Assembly (NCBI RefSeq): GCF_964204645.1
Contig: NC_134026.1
Coordinates: 7,525,950-7,589,949, forward strand
DNA length: 64,000 bases
Source: Tubulanus polymorphus
Lineage: Eukaryota; Animalia; Nemertea
Reading direction: 5' to 3'
The notes under the pieces are model-generated. The model did not search any database and was not told the origin of the DNA. It worked only from the letters and a program-made list of their open reading frames with translations. Below, one piece after another: positions 12,275 through 23,454 of this stretch (the stretch's first letter is position 1; each line of letters starts with the position of its first letter). Both the position numbers and the translations under genes were made by a program.

Positions 12275-13715
12275 TTAAAGTGGTAAATTTAATTTCATGA
12301 AGCGCCACCCGGTGAGTTTTCTTCTAACCGACAAGGCTCATATATGTAAAATTGGGCTTTTTAGATACGCAGCACTGGTGCTATTAAACACAGCTTAGAA
12401 CAGCTAAGAATTCTCTCTGTTCCAATTCGAACCGATGATGATCCTTAGGTCAACAAAATGATCTTTGGTAAGCAACAACGCAACTGGGATCAGATGAAAT
12501 GACTTTTCACTTCAGATAATCATTTGGAATTTATTTCCCACAATATCCTTTAGCGTGGAGCTTACGACTCATTCTTATTCATCAATAATAAGAAGTTTGC
12601 TCGACATATTTTGTGTATTCCAGCCTTGAACCGAAAATAACTCTGGAAACAGCGGAGATGTTAAAAGACTATTTTGATGCGCGGTAGAAGATGAGTTTAA
12701 AGGGCCGTGAAGTCTGGAATAAAGATTAGTATAGTAATCCATATTAATGAAACTAATGGAACTTTACACTTCAAACTGCACAGCTTTTAATGGGGAAAGA
12801 GACTGAGGAAGAGAGAGGGATAGAGAGAGGGAGGGAGGAAGAAGCTAAGAGGATTTTTAGTTGACGCTTTTAAAAGACGGTACTTCAAAAACAATCGAGT
12901 TTCTAAAATCCCATGACACACGATTCCTGATTGCATAAAGTAGGGACTAGGCAGTCTGTGTATAAAACGCTCAGTTTTCAGGAGACGTCTTTCCCTTGGA
13001 ATTCGTTATCTTGATGTCGAAAAAACAATTTGACACGAAGGGTAGATACAAAAGATCTTTAGAAAAGACAGCAGCCTCCATTATATCCCCCTATGACTTC
13101 ATTGAAGTGACTGCAAGCGATTTAACCGGAATACCCCTCACACCTGCCCCTACGAATCGGCCCTATCGCATCATCAACAAATTGTATTCTAGTAATTTGC
13201 TGTCTAGATAGATCACCCTATGACATCATCAAAAATATAATTCGCGATGTCAGAGGCAGATTAAGGAGGCGGCCATGTTTTATGAACGGGCTATAATACT
13301 TAGCAATAGAAATTGACTCAATTATATGGCGCGCAAGATAAGAGTGCGCGGTTTGAATGGACGCAGTTGAGTCAAACTGCGGTTCAGTCAAACTACTGTT
13401 TGCCTTTCGTGATGTTATCTCGATATTTCTAATTTCCTCGATCCAGAACCGCTTTCTCTCTAACTCACTATCTCTCGTTTACTGATAACACCGCCTAATT
13501 CCACACGTAGTCGCGATCGAACTTGCTGCGGGTCACAGTGTAAACCATCCCTCTGCCGCTGGATGCGGACTTTGGCACGCGAGGTTTTGGGAGGTTGATG
13601 ATTAGATGGTTCTAACTCTGGTAAGCGAATAATGCGGAACGCGTGTCTAACGCTGGGTTTAGTTCGGTAAGCGCATTAAGCGTATAGACCGTCACGTAAG
13701 AATATTCATGCCATT

Positions 13716-13820
13716 AAAAAACCAGCTGAAATTGACCGAGCCGGACCGTGCTTACTGAAACAGGACACGAACCTAGGGCTTCCAGCGCGCCAGCCAGGCA
13801 CGTTAACACTAGACAATAGT
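13716..13820 (-). mobile_element. Degenerate tRNA-like Pol III unit (SINE head or pseudo-tRNA)
   Basis: Minus strand shows A-box-like 'tgtctagtgtt', B-box-like 'ggttcgtgtcc' ~42 nt later, then T6. No intact cloverleaf. Confidence 0.4.
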
Positions 13821-13852
13821 AATGTACTAATAATACTAATAATAATGAGTCG

Positions 13853-14070
13853 GTCTGGTCAGGTGTGGTGACTGATGACCAGTCAGGTGTGGTGGCTGGT
13901 GACCAGTCAGGTGGTGAGGTGACTGGTGAAAAATCGTGAACAGTGACTGGACCAGCGCCAGGTGTAGTAACTGGTGATCAGTCAGATGTTGTGACTGATG
14001 ACCAGTCAGGAGTGGTGACTGATGACTAGTCAGGTGGTGTGACCGGTGACCAGTTATGTGTGGTGACTAT
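13853..14070. repeat. 24-bp minisatellite (GTCAGGTGTGGTGACTGATGACCA), about 8-9 units; a single related unit at ~39910-39955
   Basis: Direct inspection; period 24 (13858, 13882, 13906...). Confidence 0.88.
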
Positions 14071-14694
14071 TCACTAACAATACCCGCTATCATTACTGAC
14101 AGCATGAGGCTTTTCGGAGCACAATCAAGAAAATTTGGGGCTTTGGAAAAGTAACTGCCCTCCTAGGCTAGCTGCTGGGTGACGTTGCCTCTCAAGGCCG
14201 GCACCGGACTGCAGGGTCTCGTGATCTTTGTGATCTTTGTGCCTCGTGACTAACTGCCTCTAAAGATTAGACAGATTTCTGCACGCTTTCTCGCAGCTTT
14301 CAGACTGCAACGTAGAGTAGTATCTATCCAATTTTCTCTTAGCCCCCCGAGGCTAAATTCAAACATCGCTACTACTCATTAACTATAAAACAGACGTCGC
14401 AGGGTATGTCGGTTTAAATTCGATTGAATTTCACTCTTCACTTCGACGTATTTGGAAAAAATTGTTCCCCTATTCAAAAGATGAAATCGTTCAAATCTGT
14501 GAACGTACCGCAAATTTGATATATAATTTGCGAGTTTGTATACTCCGGTACTGCAGTGGTGTTTGCACCTGGCACCGACTGCTGTTAATGGCAAATGCCG
14601 AATCGCTGCGGTTTTGTTTCATGAAATCATCGAAATCTTATATGATTTGATTCCATCCAATATTGCCAAGGATTGATTATACCTGAGAGACCAG

Positions 14695-14812
14695 GGGCTG
14701 GTTCCATAGTCAAGACTTAAGTTAAGACTGGTCTTAAGTTGTTAGACTGGCTATAGAACTTAGTTTGTCTTAGACCGGTCTTAAGTCTAAGTCCTGTCTA
14801 TGGAACCGGCCC
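14695..14812. mobile_element. Palindromic PIF/Harbinger-type MITE with CAG TSD
   Basis: Arms 'gggctggttccatagtcaagactta..ttaagactggtc' and 'gaccggtcttaagtctaagtcctgtctatggaaccggccc'; CAG at 14692-14694 and 14813-14815. Related 'ttagactggtcttaa' sequence occurs at 50-262 and 14816-14875. Confidence 0.8.
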
Positions 14813-15080
14813 CAGTTGCACAATCGTGGCTTCGATTTAAGACCAGTCTAAAAACAATTTAAGACCAATCTTAAAATGAAAGATCACGTTTGGACCTCAG
14901 TAACAACACTGCAAGATACTGGGACCAGGTTTTCATTCTACTAATATGAACACGGTTGTTTTAAAAGATTGGTCCAATTGATTTCACCGCTGCCGAAACT
15001 GATTTACATTCAGATTGCACGTTCAGTCTGTATATCAATTAAAGCAAATGATTCAATAAACGTTTTATCTATCAATGATT

Positions 15081-15162
15081 GCAGCAGCAGCAGCGGCAGC
15101 GGCAGCGGCAGCGGCAGCGGCAGCGGCAGCGGCAGCGGCAGCGGCAGCGGCAGCGGCAGCGG
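15081..15162. repeat. (GCA)n/(GGCAGC)n microsatellite
   Basis: Four GCA units followed by ~11 GCGGCA units. Confidence 0.95.
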
Positions 15163-15384
15163 TAACAGCTAACTCAAATACAGGAATCCACGAGCAGTGT
15201 TCGATTCCTATTTATTTTGTTTTCGGTTGATAAATTTGTGATTGTTTTGTAGCGCAGTAGAGAGAACAGTAACGTTAACTTACGAGTTTTAAGTTTGAGG
15301 AAAGGGAAAAAGTGTGAATTCTGTGTAAACATATAATTGTACCGCGAGCAAAATCTTCGCATTAGAATCTCTTTAGAAATCAAG

Positions 15385-15594
15385 GCACGGTTTTATAGAC
15401 TGGTATTTACTTTCGCCCGGGGGTTAACTTCCTTCATTTTCAATTGAGTAAGCCCCTGGGTTAAAGTTAATACCAACACAGAATAAATCGACAGTTTAAC
15501 GCATTGCTTATAGTGTATAATGTATTCTTGCATTGGTATGCTTTTAATTCAATTTGGCTAAAAACATCAATATACTAGTCTATTAAACCAGGCC
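15385..15594. mobile_element. Palindromic MITE (same family as 63240-63349), interrupted by ~95 bp
   Basis: 'ggttttatagactggtattt...cccctgggttaaagttaatacca' [insert] 'tactagtctattaaaccaggcc'. Confidence 0.6.
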
Positions 15595-16967
15595 TTGCAG
15601 TTTTGGGTTCGATTTCTGACTTCAGAGACAAAATTAAATCAGTTCTAATATTATTTTAACCGTCAGATTTCAATCGATTACTGTGTGGATCCTGAAATTT
15701 ACTCGACTGGGTAGAAAAAGTAAGCAGTTCTTTCCAATAATTTGTAAATAGATATATGATATTCATACTTACGCGTAGTCTCGTGAAGTCTCGGTACGTC
15801 TCGTGAGTCTCTTGAAGTCTCGCGTAAAAGTCAATAGAATATACTGTCAGTATGTATTCAGTGATTATATGCGATATTCACCTCCCTTGACGCGAAATTC
15901 GGTGCTGCATTACGCCGTCCACTTTCGCGTGTTATGTGTGGGAACCACCGCGTGTGGATCAGTTGAAAAACCTCGTCCCAGTGGTTCATATAAAACTCTA
16001 TCGTAAACAAAACGGAAAAAAGAATAATCGTCTCTTCTTTCCGCTGATTGATGAAGAATCCAATTTTTTTCAATGAAATTGTTTTCAACGTGTGATTTCA
16101 CAACCGCTCTAGTCAAAATGAGACAATGATGGTATTTGCTTTATTCCCCGAACGATGCGATCAGTTTTAGATTCCTATAGTCACTGCTCGCGTTTGCTGC
16201 TGCTGCTGCTGGTGCGGCTGCTGCTGCTGGTAGAGACTGGAACGGCAGCTTACTGAACTCCCGAGTAACGCTACAAGTGTCTCGTAATCTTTAACTTTCG
16301 CTCGCTTATCTTCCTCTTACCTCCTCATCTCCTCTCTGATCTCTCCTTCTCTCGTCTTATCTTTCCTAGGCCGCACACTCTCTCAATAATCCTCGGTCGT
16401 ACGACTTCTTATTTCTCTCTCTCTATCTCATTCCACTCTCATTTCATTCTGCCCTCTCTCCTCTATTCTCCCCTCTCTCTCTTCCATATGGTTCCCCTTC
16501 TCCCTCCACCCACTCCCTCAAGTCAACCCTTCTAGTTTAATTTCTGTAAACGCCATATTGACACAACGCTGGAGCTGACAGTTTACATTATTGAATAACA
16601 TCAGTGAAACTGGCGTCGGCGGCGGCGGTGGCTATTAATAATAAACTGATAGACTACAGTCCGTATTTACCCTGACATCTCAACTGAACCGAGCTCGTCT
16701 AATAGATTATATAAGTATCAAACCCATCGGATCACGAGCAGTTACTGCGCTGGCTGGTGATATCGTCGCCGTCCCCGGGGACCTGTCTATTGACGATGTG
16801 TCGCGGTAGCTGTACAGTCTGTCGTTTGGATGGACCTGCCGCTTTTTGATAATTGGTTCTCTCAGCCGCCGTCGTCTGGTAAAACCAAGTCACTCACAAC
16901 TCGTCAATAAAATAATTCAATTTGCGAAAAAATGGCAACTTGATCAATTTCCTGCGGGATGCTGCTT

Positions 16968-17505
16968 CTACTGCTACTGGTGTGGGTACGGTACGGTTGG
17001 TGCTGTTACTGGTGGGGGTACCAGTACTGCTGGCGCTGCTACCGGTGCTGCTGCTGCTGCTGCTACTGGTGTGGGTACGGTACGGTTGGTGCTGTTACTG
17101 GTGGGGGTACCAGTACTGCTGGCGCTGCTACTGGTGCTGCTGCTGCTGCTGCTGCTGCTACTGGTGTGGTTACGGTACGGTTGGTGCTGTTACTGGTGGG
17201 GGTACCAGTACTGCTGGCGCTGCTACTGGTGCTGCTACTGCTGCTGCTGCTGCTGCTACTGGTGTGGGTACGGTACGGTTGGTGCTGTTACTGGTGGGGG
17301 TACCAGTACTGCTGGCGCTGCTACTGGTGCTGCTGCTGCTGCTGCTGCTGCAACTGGTGTGGGTACGGTACGGTTGGTGCTGTTACTGGTGGGGGTACCA
17401 GTACTGCTGGCGCTGCTACTGGTGCTGCTGCTGCTGCTGCTACTGGTGTGGGTACGGTACGGTTGGTGCTGTTACTGGTGGGGGTACCAGTACTGCTGGC
17501 GCTGT
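16968..17505. repeat. GC-rich minisatellite, 6 units (89, 95, 98, 95, 89 bp plus a partial unit) with an embedded variable (GCT)n tract
   Basis: Unit starts 'actggtgtgg' at 16976, 17065, 17160, 17258, 17353 and 17442. Confidence 0.95.
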
Positions 17506-18734
17506 TGGTGGCGGTGCACGCATTGAAATATCAGAGCGCAGATCCATCAGAACTTTTCTCAAAACTGTTTGATGAGAAATGGAGTAAATCTCGCAGTTTA
17601 ACTTATGGCCAAGTCGCACGTAGAAGAACGAATTTTCCGACATCCTAACGTATTTTCCGATCGTTTACTCGCTCCAATCCTAGTTCCTGTATTATAGGTC
17701 GTTACGAAATCGGATGTTTTTGAAGAGCATTCAACGGTGGTGGATTTAGGAATTTTGGGAAGCTGGGGTCCAGAAAAAAACGAAAATTCATTATCCGGAT
17801 GAAGCAGCCATGTCATTGGCTATGAGTCCAACCTTCGGTTTTAGATATCATCTAAGAAATATAGCCGAAAATACGAAATTTCCGGAACGATGATTTTCGA
17901 ATTTGCAAGTTTTAACAATCTTCGTCTTGACGAAAAGGAGGGCCACTTCAATGGGAAGGCAGGGGTCCAAACCCCCGAGACCACGACCTTAATCCACGCC
18001 AGAATCCAAGGTTAAATCAAGATAGTTTACTCGCTAATATCGCGTAGTCTCGTATAGCTGATTCTAAAGAACTATAGGTGACATTCGGCCACTGGTCCCA
18101 GTTTCTCCAAGTCATGGTCCAAGGTTTTTATTCCATGAAGGAAAAATTGGAATTCGCCCTCAAAGAATAAATCACACAACACTGTTTACAACTCCAGACA
18201 CACAAACACACTGATTTAATCCGGGAATATCGAACACACGATCGGGTTATTTACTACCGGATTAAAACACTGCGAGATTAATGAGAATAGCACGTGATAT
18301 GGCGTATGATATATCGGTTTGATATATGACCACGATCAGTAGTAGGTAGACAACATCCGGTAACGGGGGACCAGATAACAATGTTGCGCGGGGATAATTC
18401 GTAGCAATTCATCAATTGTTTTTGATGCCCTTATTAAGATGAGTTATATACTCCTCGTTAAAAGTGGACCGATCCAGAACCAACAACAGAATCCTGTTTC
18501 TACAAGACATTTGAACTCTTAATTCGATTTAATTTCTTTATTCAGTTGTTCGTTCAGTTCATCGATTTAGGAGTAAAAAGAATTCTAGGAGTTAGTTTCT
18601 GGTAGTGAAACTAAGCCCAGGGCATTGTTTCTACCACATATTGGATAGAAACAACACGCTATTACTTTATATATCTCATATTCAAATGAGTAAGAATATT
18701 CTAAGGTATGAACGTTTTTGAAAACGTTCATCGT

Positions 18735-18987
18735 CCGTCCCTCTCCCGGTAGGGATTCGAACCTGATGGCATCACAAGACTCGCCACGGTACGCACTGAA
18801 CCTTGCAACACTAGACCGCGCAGCTTTATTGATGATGTAATTATACCACGCGATTATACCACGAGCAATCTGATTGGTGCCGCGCGGTAACCTGCGTATG
18901 TACCTGCGCACCCGATCTAATGTGGCAGGGTTTCGTACGGTGGCTGAGCGATGTCATCAGGTTCGAATCCCTGGCGAGGGAGGATGG
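18735..18987. mobile_element. Long-TIR palindromic element with B-box-containing arms, copy 1
   Basis: Left 'ccgtccctctcccggtagggattcgaacctgatggcatc'; right 'gatgtcatcaggttcgaatccctggcgagggaggatgg'; second copy at 20256-20596. Confidence 0.8.
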
Positions 18988-20255
18988 TTCGTGATGATGA
19001 GATAACTAACTCAAATAAATATCTACCAACAATTTAAGTGACAACTTTCATCCCTCCAGGCGACCGCAACAAATCCACCGCGCTCTCTCCTTCAGCTAAT
19101 CGATAATCCTCGTTGCTAAGTAATACGCACGCTGAGATGATTTTGACGAATATGGAAGTGTACGATGATGTTATTGTTGACTAACATCTCATCTGCAGCT
19201 ACGAAATTGCCCTCTTGCTGAACCACCGGAACAAACTCAATCTAAATCCTGGCTTCATATTGATACACCGTGGAACATCTTAAACCTCGAATGTTAGCTT
19301 TAATCTCAGACCGGTTTCGTATAGCGGATGCGTTTTACAATTTTTAACTGTTGTAAAAATCTTGACACAATTTTTTTCTCTAAAACCCGCAGTCACTCCC
19401 CGTATTAAGCAAGCACTAAGTGTTTACTAAGATTTATGAGGTTTCAGGAGAGTAATTTAAGCGCGGAACGATGTTGTTTTAGACGTGGGGATTAAGGCAG
19501 TAACTTCCGCGATAAACGTATTTAAATTTCCCTCGATGCGCCGCTCTGTTACTGGCAAGATAAATCACTGAACAGGCTCGAGGCTCTTGTAACCCGTTGA
19601 CTCGATGAGTATTTAGATTATCTAAATCTGTCCCGTTCCTGCCAAAACTAGAGTTAATTTACTGATTTTATTCATGAATTTGAGGCTTATCGCTGCAGCT
19701 TTGCCGGCAGCGCACAATCAGATAGGACCCCCTCGCCGTGTAGAGTGATCGATGGATCATTTCTCTATAAAACAGGAAGCGAACTGTCCGACTCCGCACC
19801 CAACACAGCATCCGCTCACCGCTCAACCAGATTAAGGTCCGTTCCCACCTAAGAGAATTATGTCCGTTCCCTTCGCGTCTGTTAGGGTTTCTTATCATAA
19901 AACGAGATATGTGCCCAAAACATCGTCGTTACGAGCTTCGTTCAAATTCAAGTTAGAAATTTGGGCCGTTCCCTCGTCATTGCTAGATCCTCGTCCGTTC
20001 CCTCGTCTTTGAGTCGCGTAAGTATAGTTTTGAAGGTCGCGGCTCTGTAATCAGTGCGGACGCGCCAGGTCGCGGGTCACTCGACCACAACCTGACATTT
20101 ACGTCTGGAAATTTCAAATGAGCGGCGATTTTACATATCTACACGAGTGCAACAAATTAACTAGAAAAAAGATCTGGGTCCGGTTTAAAGATATGTGGTG
20201 AGTCCGGACTTCACCCGATAGATGGGCCCGGACTATTAAAGTCTAGATAGAGGTG

Positions 20256-20596
20256 TCATCCTCCCCCGGTAGGGATTCGAACCTGATGGCATCGAGATTG
20301 CCACGGCACGAAACCCTGCCATAATCGACCGTGTGCGCAGATACATGCGCAGTTCAGATGATGTGATTTTTAGCCAATCAGAAATCCCGTTTTATTTTAG
20401 CCCGGGTTTTCCCATTTATAGTTCTTCCTTGAAATTTGCCTCAACGATTATACAACGAGCAATCTGATTGGTGCCGCCAGTTTTCGTTCGGAAAGCTGCG
20501 CATGTACCTGCGCACCCGGTCTACTGATGCAGGGGTTCGTGCCGTGGCTGAGTGTAGCGATGCCATCAGGTTCGAGTCCCTGCAGAGGGAGGATGG
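20256..20596. mobile_element. Long-TIR palindromic element with B-box-containing arms, copy 2
   Basis: ~95-bp imperfect TIRs ('tcatcctcccccggtagggattcgaacctgatggcatc...tgcgcagatacatgcgcag' vs 'ctgcgcatgtacctgcgca...gatgccatcaggttcgagtccctgcagagggaggatgg'); inverted internal CCAATCAG/CTGATTGG. Confidence 0.82.
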
Positions 20597-22111
20597 ATAG
20601 GTGTGGGCCCGGCCCGAAATATACAAATGCAGACCCCGATTAACTTACTATTCCCCGCCCTGGTAGATTTCCCTCACAACTACTAAACCAATCCTATATT
20701 TTTGACTTTTCCGCGCAGCAGATTGGTTTTCAAATTTATTCAAAAACTATCCGATTAAATCAAAGATATAGAGTAGGGAGGGAGAGAAAGGCTGAGAGAG
20801 GGAGACGAGAGCGAGTGAGAGAGACAAATTGATTACCACAATTCCTCGAATATTTATCTCGATTGAAAGCTTTCATGTTGAATTTCACTCTTACGAAAAA
20901 AAAACTGAATTAAACTTTGATTAAAACTGAAATTTCAAACTCCGTCATCTGATGCGATGATGAAAGAAGCGGTCGCTACTTTGATGTTGTATTGATGACA
21001 GCTCGGTCGCTAGTGTTCTCATGATGAGACGTCCTATAGTACGAACACCTGAATCACTATTCGAGAAGCGTCGTCAAAGCTGCTGGTGGTGGTGATGATG
21101 ATAAGCTGTCAGATTCTGATGACAAATCTTTCCGGAATGAATTTGCTGATGGGGGTTTTTACGGTGTTGTTAACAGACTGTGTGTCTGGCGTCTGAATGA
21201 AGTGCACTAGCATGACTGACCGAATAGTCGAACTCCATCCCTAACCCTCCGTCCTCAGTATAGATACAAACCCTTTACTGTATTATAATACATGTATAAA
21301 AGAAAGAATCCCACCATGGAATTTAATCGAACTCACAAACCACAAAGTTTTGAGTGTTGGCATCATCACGCGGAATATGATTTCATTCTATAGCATGGAA
21401 CTCATCAGAACATTCTAAAGCATTTTTTTCTCGTATATGAATGTGATCTCAGTCCAAGGCATGAAATTCATTGTAGAATTTGATTTATTTTCAGTTGACA
21501 CTGATTGTATTCATATTTCTCTATTGTACTTGAGCTCCGGTGAAACTTGAATCGTTTAAATCATTGAAATTTTCACGCATTTCCACGGAATCTTTCCCTT
21601 CGACTATCAGAACCAGCTGAACCAGAGTCTCCACTCCAGATCAATCGGTAACAGAACCAGCTCTCCCAACACCAGCAGCAGAACCAGCCATGAATCAATT
21701 AGTTTCATCACCCCCTACCCCTCCCGGTGTTGTATACGTCGGATCGCCTTTTCCAGTGAATTGTCAGAAACAACCGAACCGGATGAGGATTTATTTAACA
21801 CCGTGTTGATAATTACTTCTACTTGCAAATCACACATAGTGGAGTCACCCACTCGGAGCCATCCCTCTGGGCCTTCATCGAATGTGTTATGTGAGAAGAA
21901 AGATAGTAAAAGTCCTTTGTAATGCCTCGGTTGAGAGCAATGCAAAACACGCCATTATAATGAATGTAGCCTTATAAACATTGGTATTTCCATTGAATTG
22001 GAATTAGATTTGGAAAAGTTGTTTTCTGAAAGAACTTGGCGATAAGTGCAGTGGTAGCGTTATACCGACTTTTACTGTAGTTCATGTTTTTCTTCCAGTG
22101 TTTGGTATAAA

Positions 22112-23049
22112 CAGTGGAACCTCGTTACAACGAACTCCAGGTGAACGAGGTGACCAGATAGTTCGTTATATTGAAGAAAATTATGAAATTGTCTAAATTG
22201 GGAGACAAATTCATATTTGTAGTATTTGTATATATATGGACTATGTTTTAGATACAGTAAACAAAAAGGCCTAAATCTGCGTCTAAATCTATGTCCGAGT
22301 TAAGTATCGGAAACTACGTTAAGCAATAATCTTCCGAAGTCAGAAAATGATTCTGTTCCAAATATAATTCCGGAAAAAATCAACATATTCAGTCCTGACA
22401 ATACCCGAAAATTGAACTGTTACTAGTAGTTTCAATAACCTTTGTTTGTAACGGTGAAGTTCACTTGAAACTATTCGTAACTCTACCACTAAAAACGACG
22501 TGCAAATGAATAAATAACAACTCCCGGATTGAATAAAAGCCTCGTGGATTCGAAATGTTCTCGGATTTCCCCCATTAAACCTTTTTATCCTGAAATATCT
22601 CCGGTTTAGTGCTGCTCGTGAAATGGGAATCCGAGAGCAATTTGACGTAATAGGAAGTAAATTAGACGGATTGTGTTTAGAGCGAGGAATTAGAGCTGGA
22701 ATCCTATTAGGAAATGTTGTTTTACTGTGCGCGTATAGAGGCCTGGAGCGCGTCTAATCGCCAGCGATGGTTACTGGCAGCAGTAACTATCGCAGATAGT
22801 TACTGTTGCCAGTATATTACCTCAAAATTAACTTAGTCTACCGATAATAAAAGACAACACGTCACGTTCCGGTGTATCGACGCGGAATGAAAGATTAACC
22901 AACGATTTAAAAAGTAGGCGGGTCATTTCTCTTCCGATTCTGACAATAGCACCTGCACAATTGAAGAAATGCACAGTTTAACCTCGTAACGACGAACTTC
23001 TTTGACGTATTTTGTGGTCCCTTGAAGCTCGCTGTAACGAGTTCCACTG
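22112..23049. mobile_element. Tc1/mariner-pogo (Tigger-like) non-autonomous element
   Basis: TIRs 'cagtggaacctcgttacaacgaac' / 'gctcgctgtaacgagttccactg' followed by TA on the right (left flank is AA). No transposase ORF. Confidence 0.65.
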
Positions 23050-23053
23050 TATA

Positions 23054-23454
23054 TAGGGGTGAATCTAGGATATTTGTAGAGGTAGGAGTCCAGGGAAGTA
23101 AAAAGGGACCATATGAAATGTTACTGTAATGACGATGCAAGACGCATAACAGCATAGCCCTTATGGCCAACGATCGTGGAGGGGGGGGTGGGGTACTCGA
23201 CAATCGAAATGTTTTGAATTTTTAGAGAAATTTGGTGAGAATTCCACGAATTTGAATAATCAAATCCACGAAATTAATCATGAAATACACAAAAACACAA
23301 CCACAGTCACAACACCGTTGCATAATGTTTTTCATTTTAGTTTGTTTGTTTTATATCCACCTAAATTGAAACAATGTCACTTAGGATTTCTTTTTGGGGT
23401 CCTTCAAATTTAGAAGGTCCGGACACCCTTGGACCCCCTCTAAATCTGCCCCTG
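23054..23454. mobile_element. Non-autonomous hAT-like element with perfect 5-bp TSD (hAT5-type)
   Basis: GTATA (23049-23053)|taggggtgaatctagg...ctctaaatctgcccctg|GTATA (23455-23459). Confidence 0.8.

Noticed and set aside
16846-17648. Three overlapping 216-229 aa ORFs as real proteins
   Set aside because: They arise from a stop-free minisatellite whose unit length is not a multiple of 3; two start at non-ATG codons and no domain is recognisable.
22772-22814. pre-miRNA
   Set aside because: The 43-nt hairpin has a 3-nt loop and no extended basal stem, and I do not recognise a known mature sequence.
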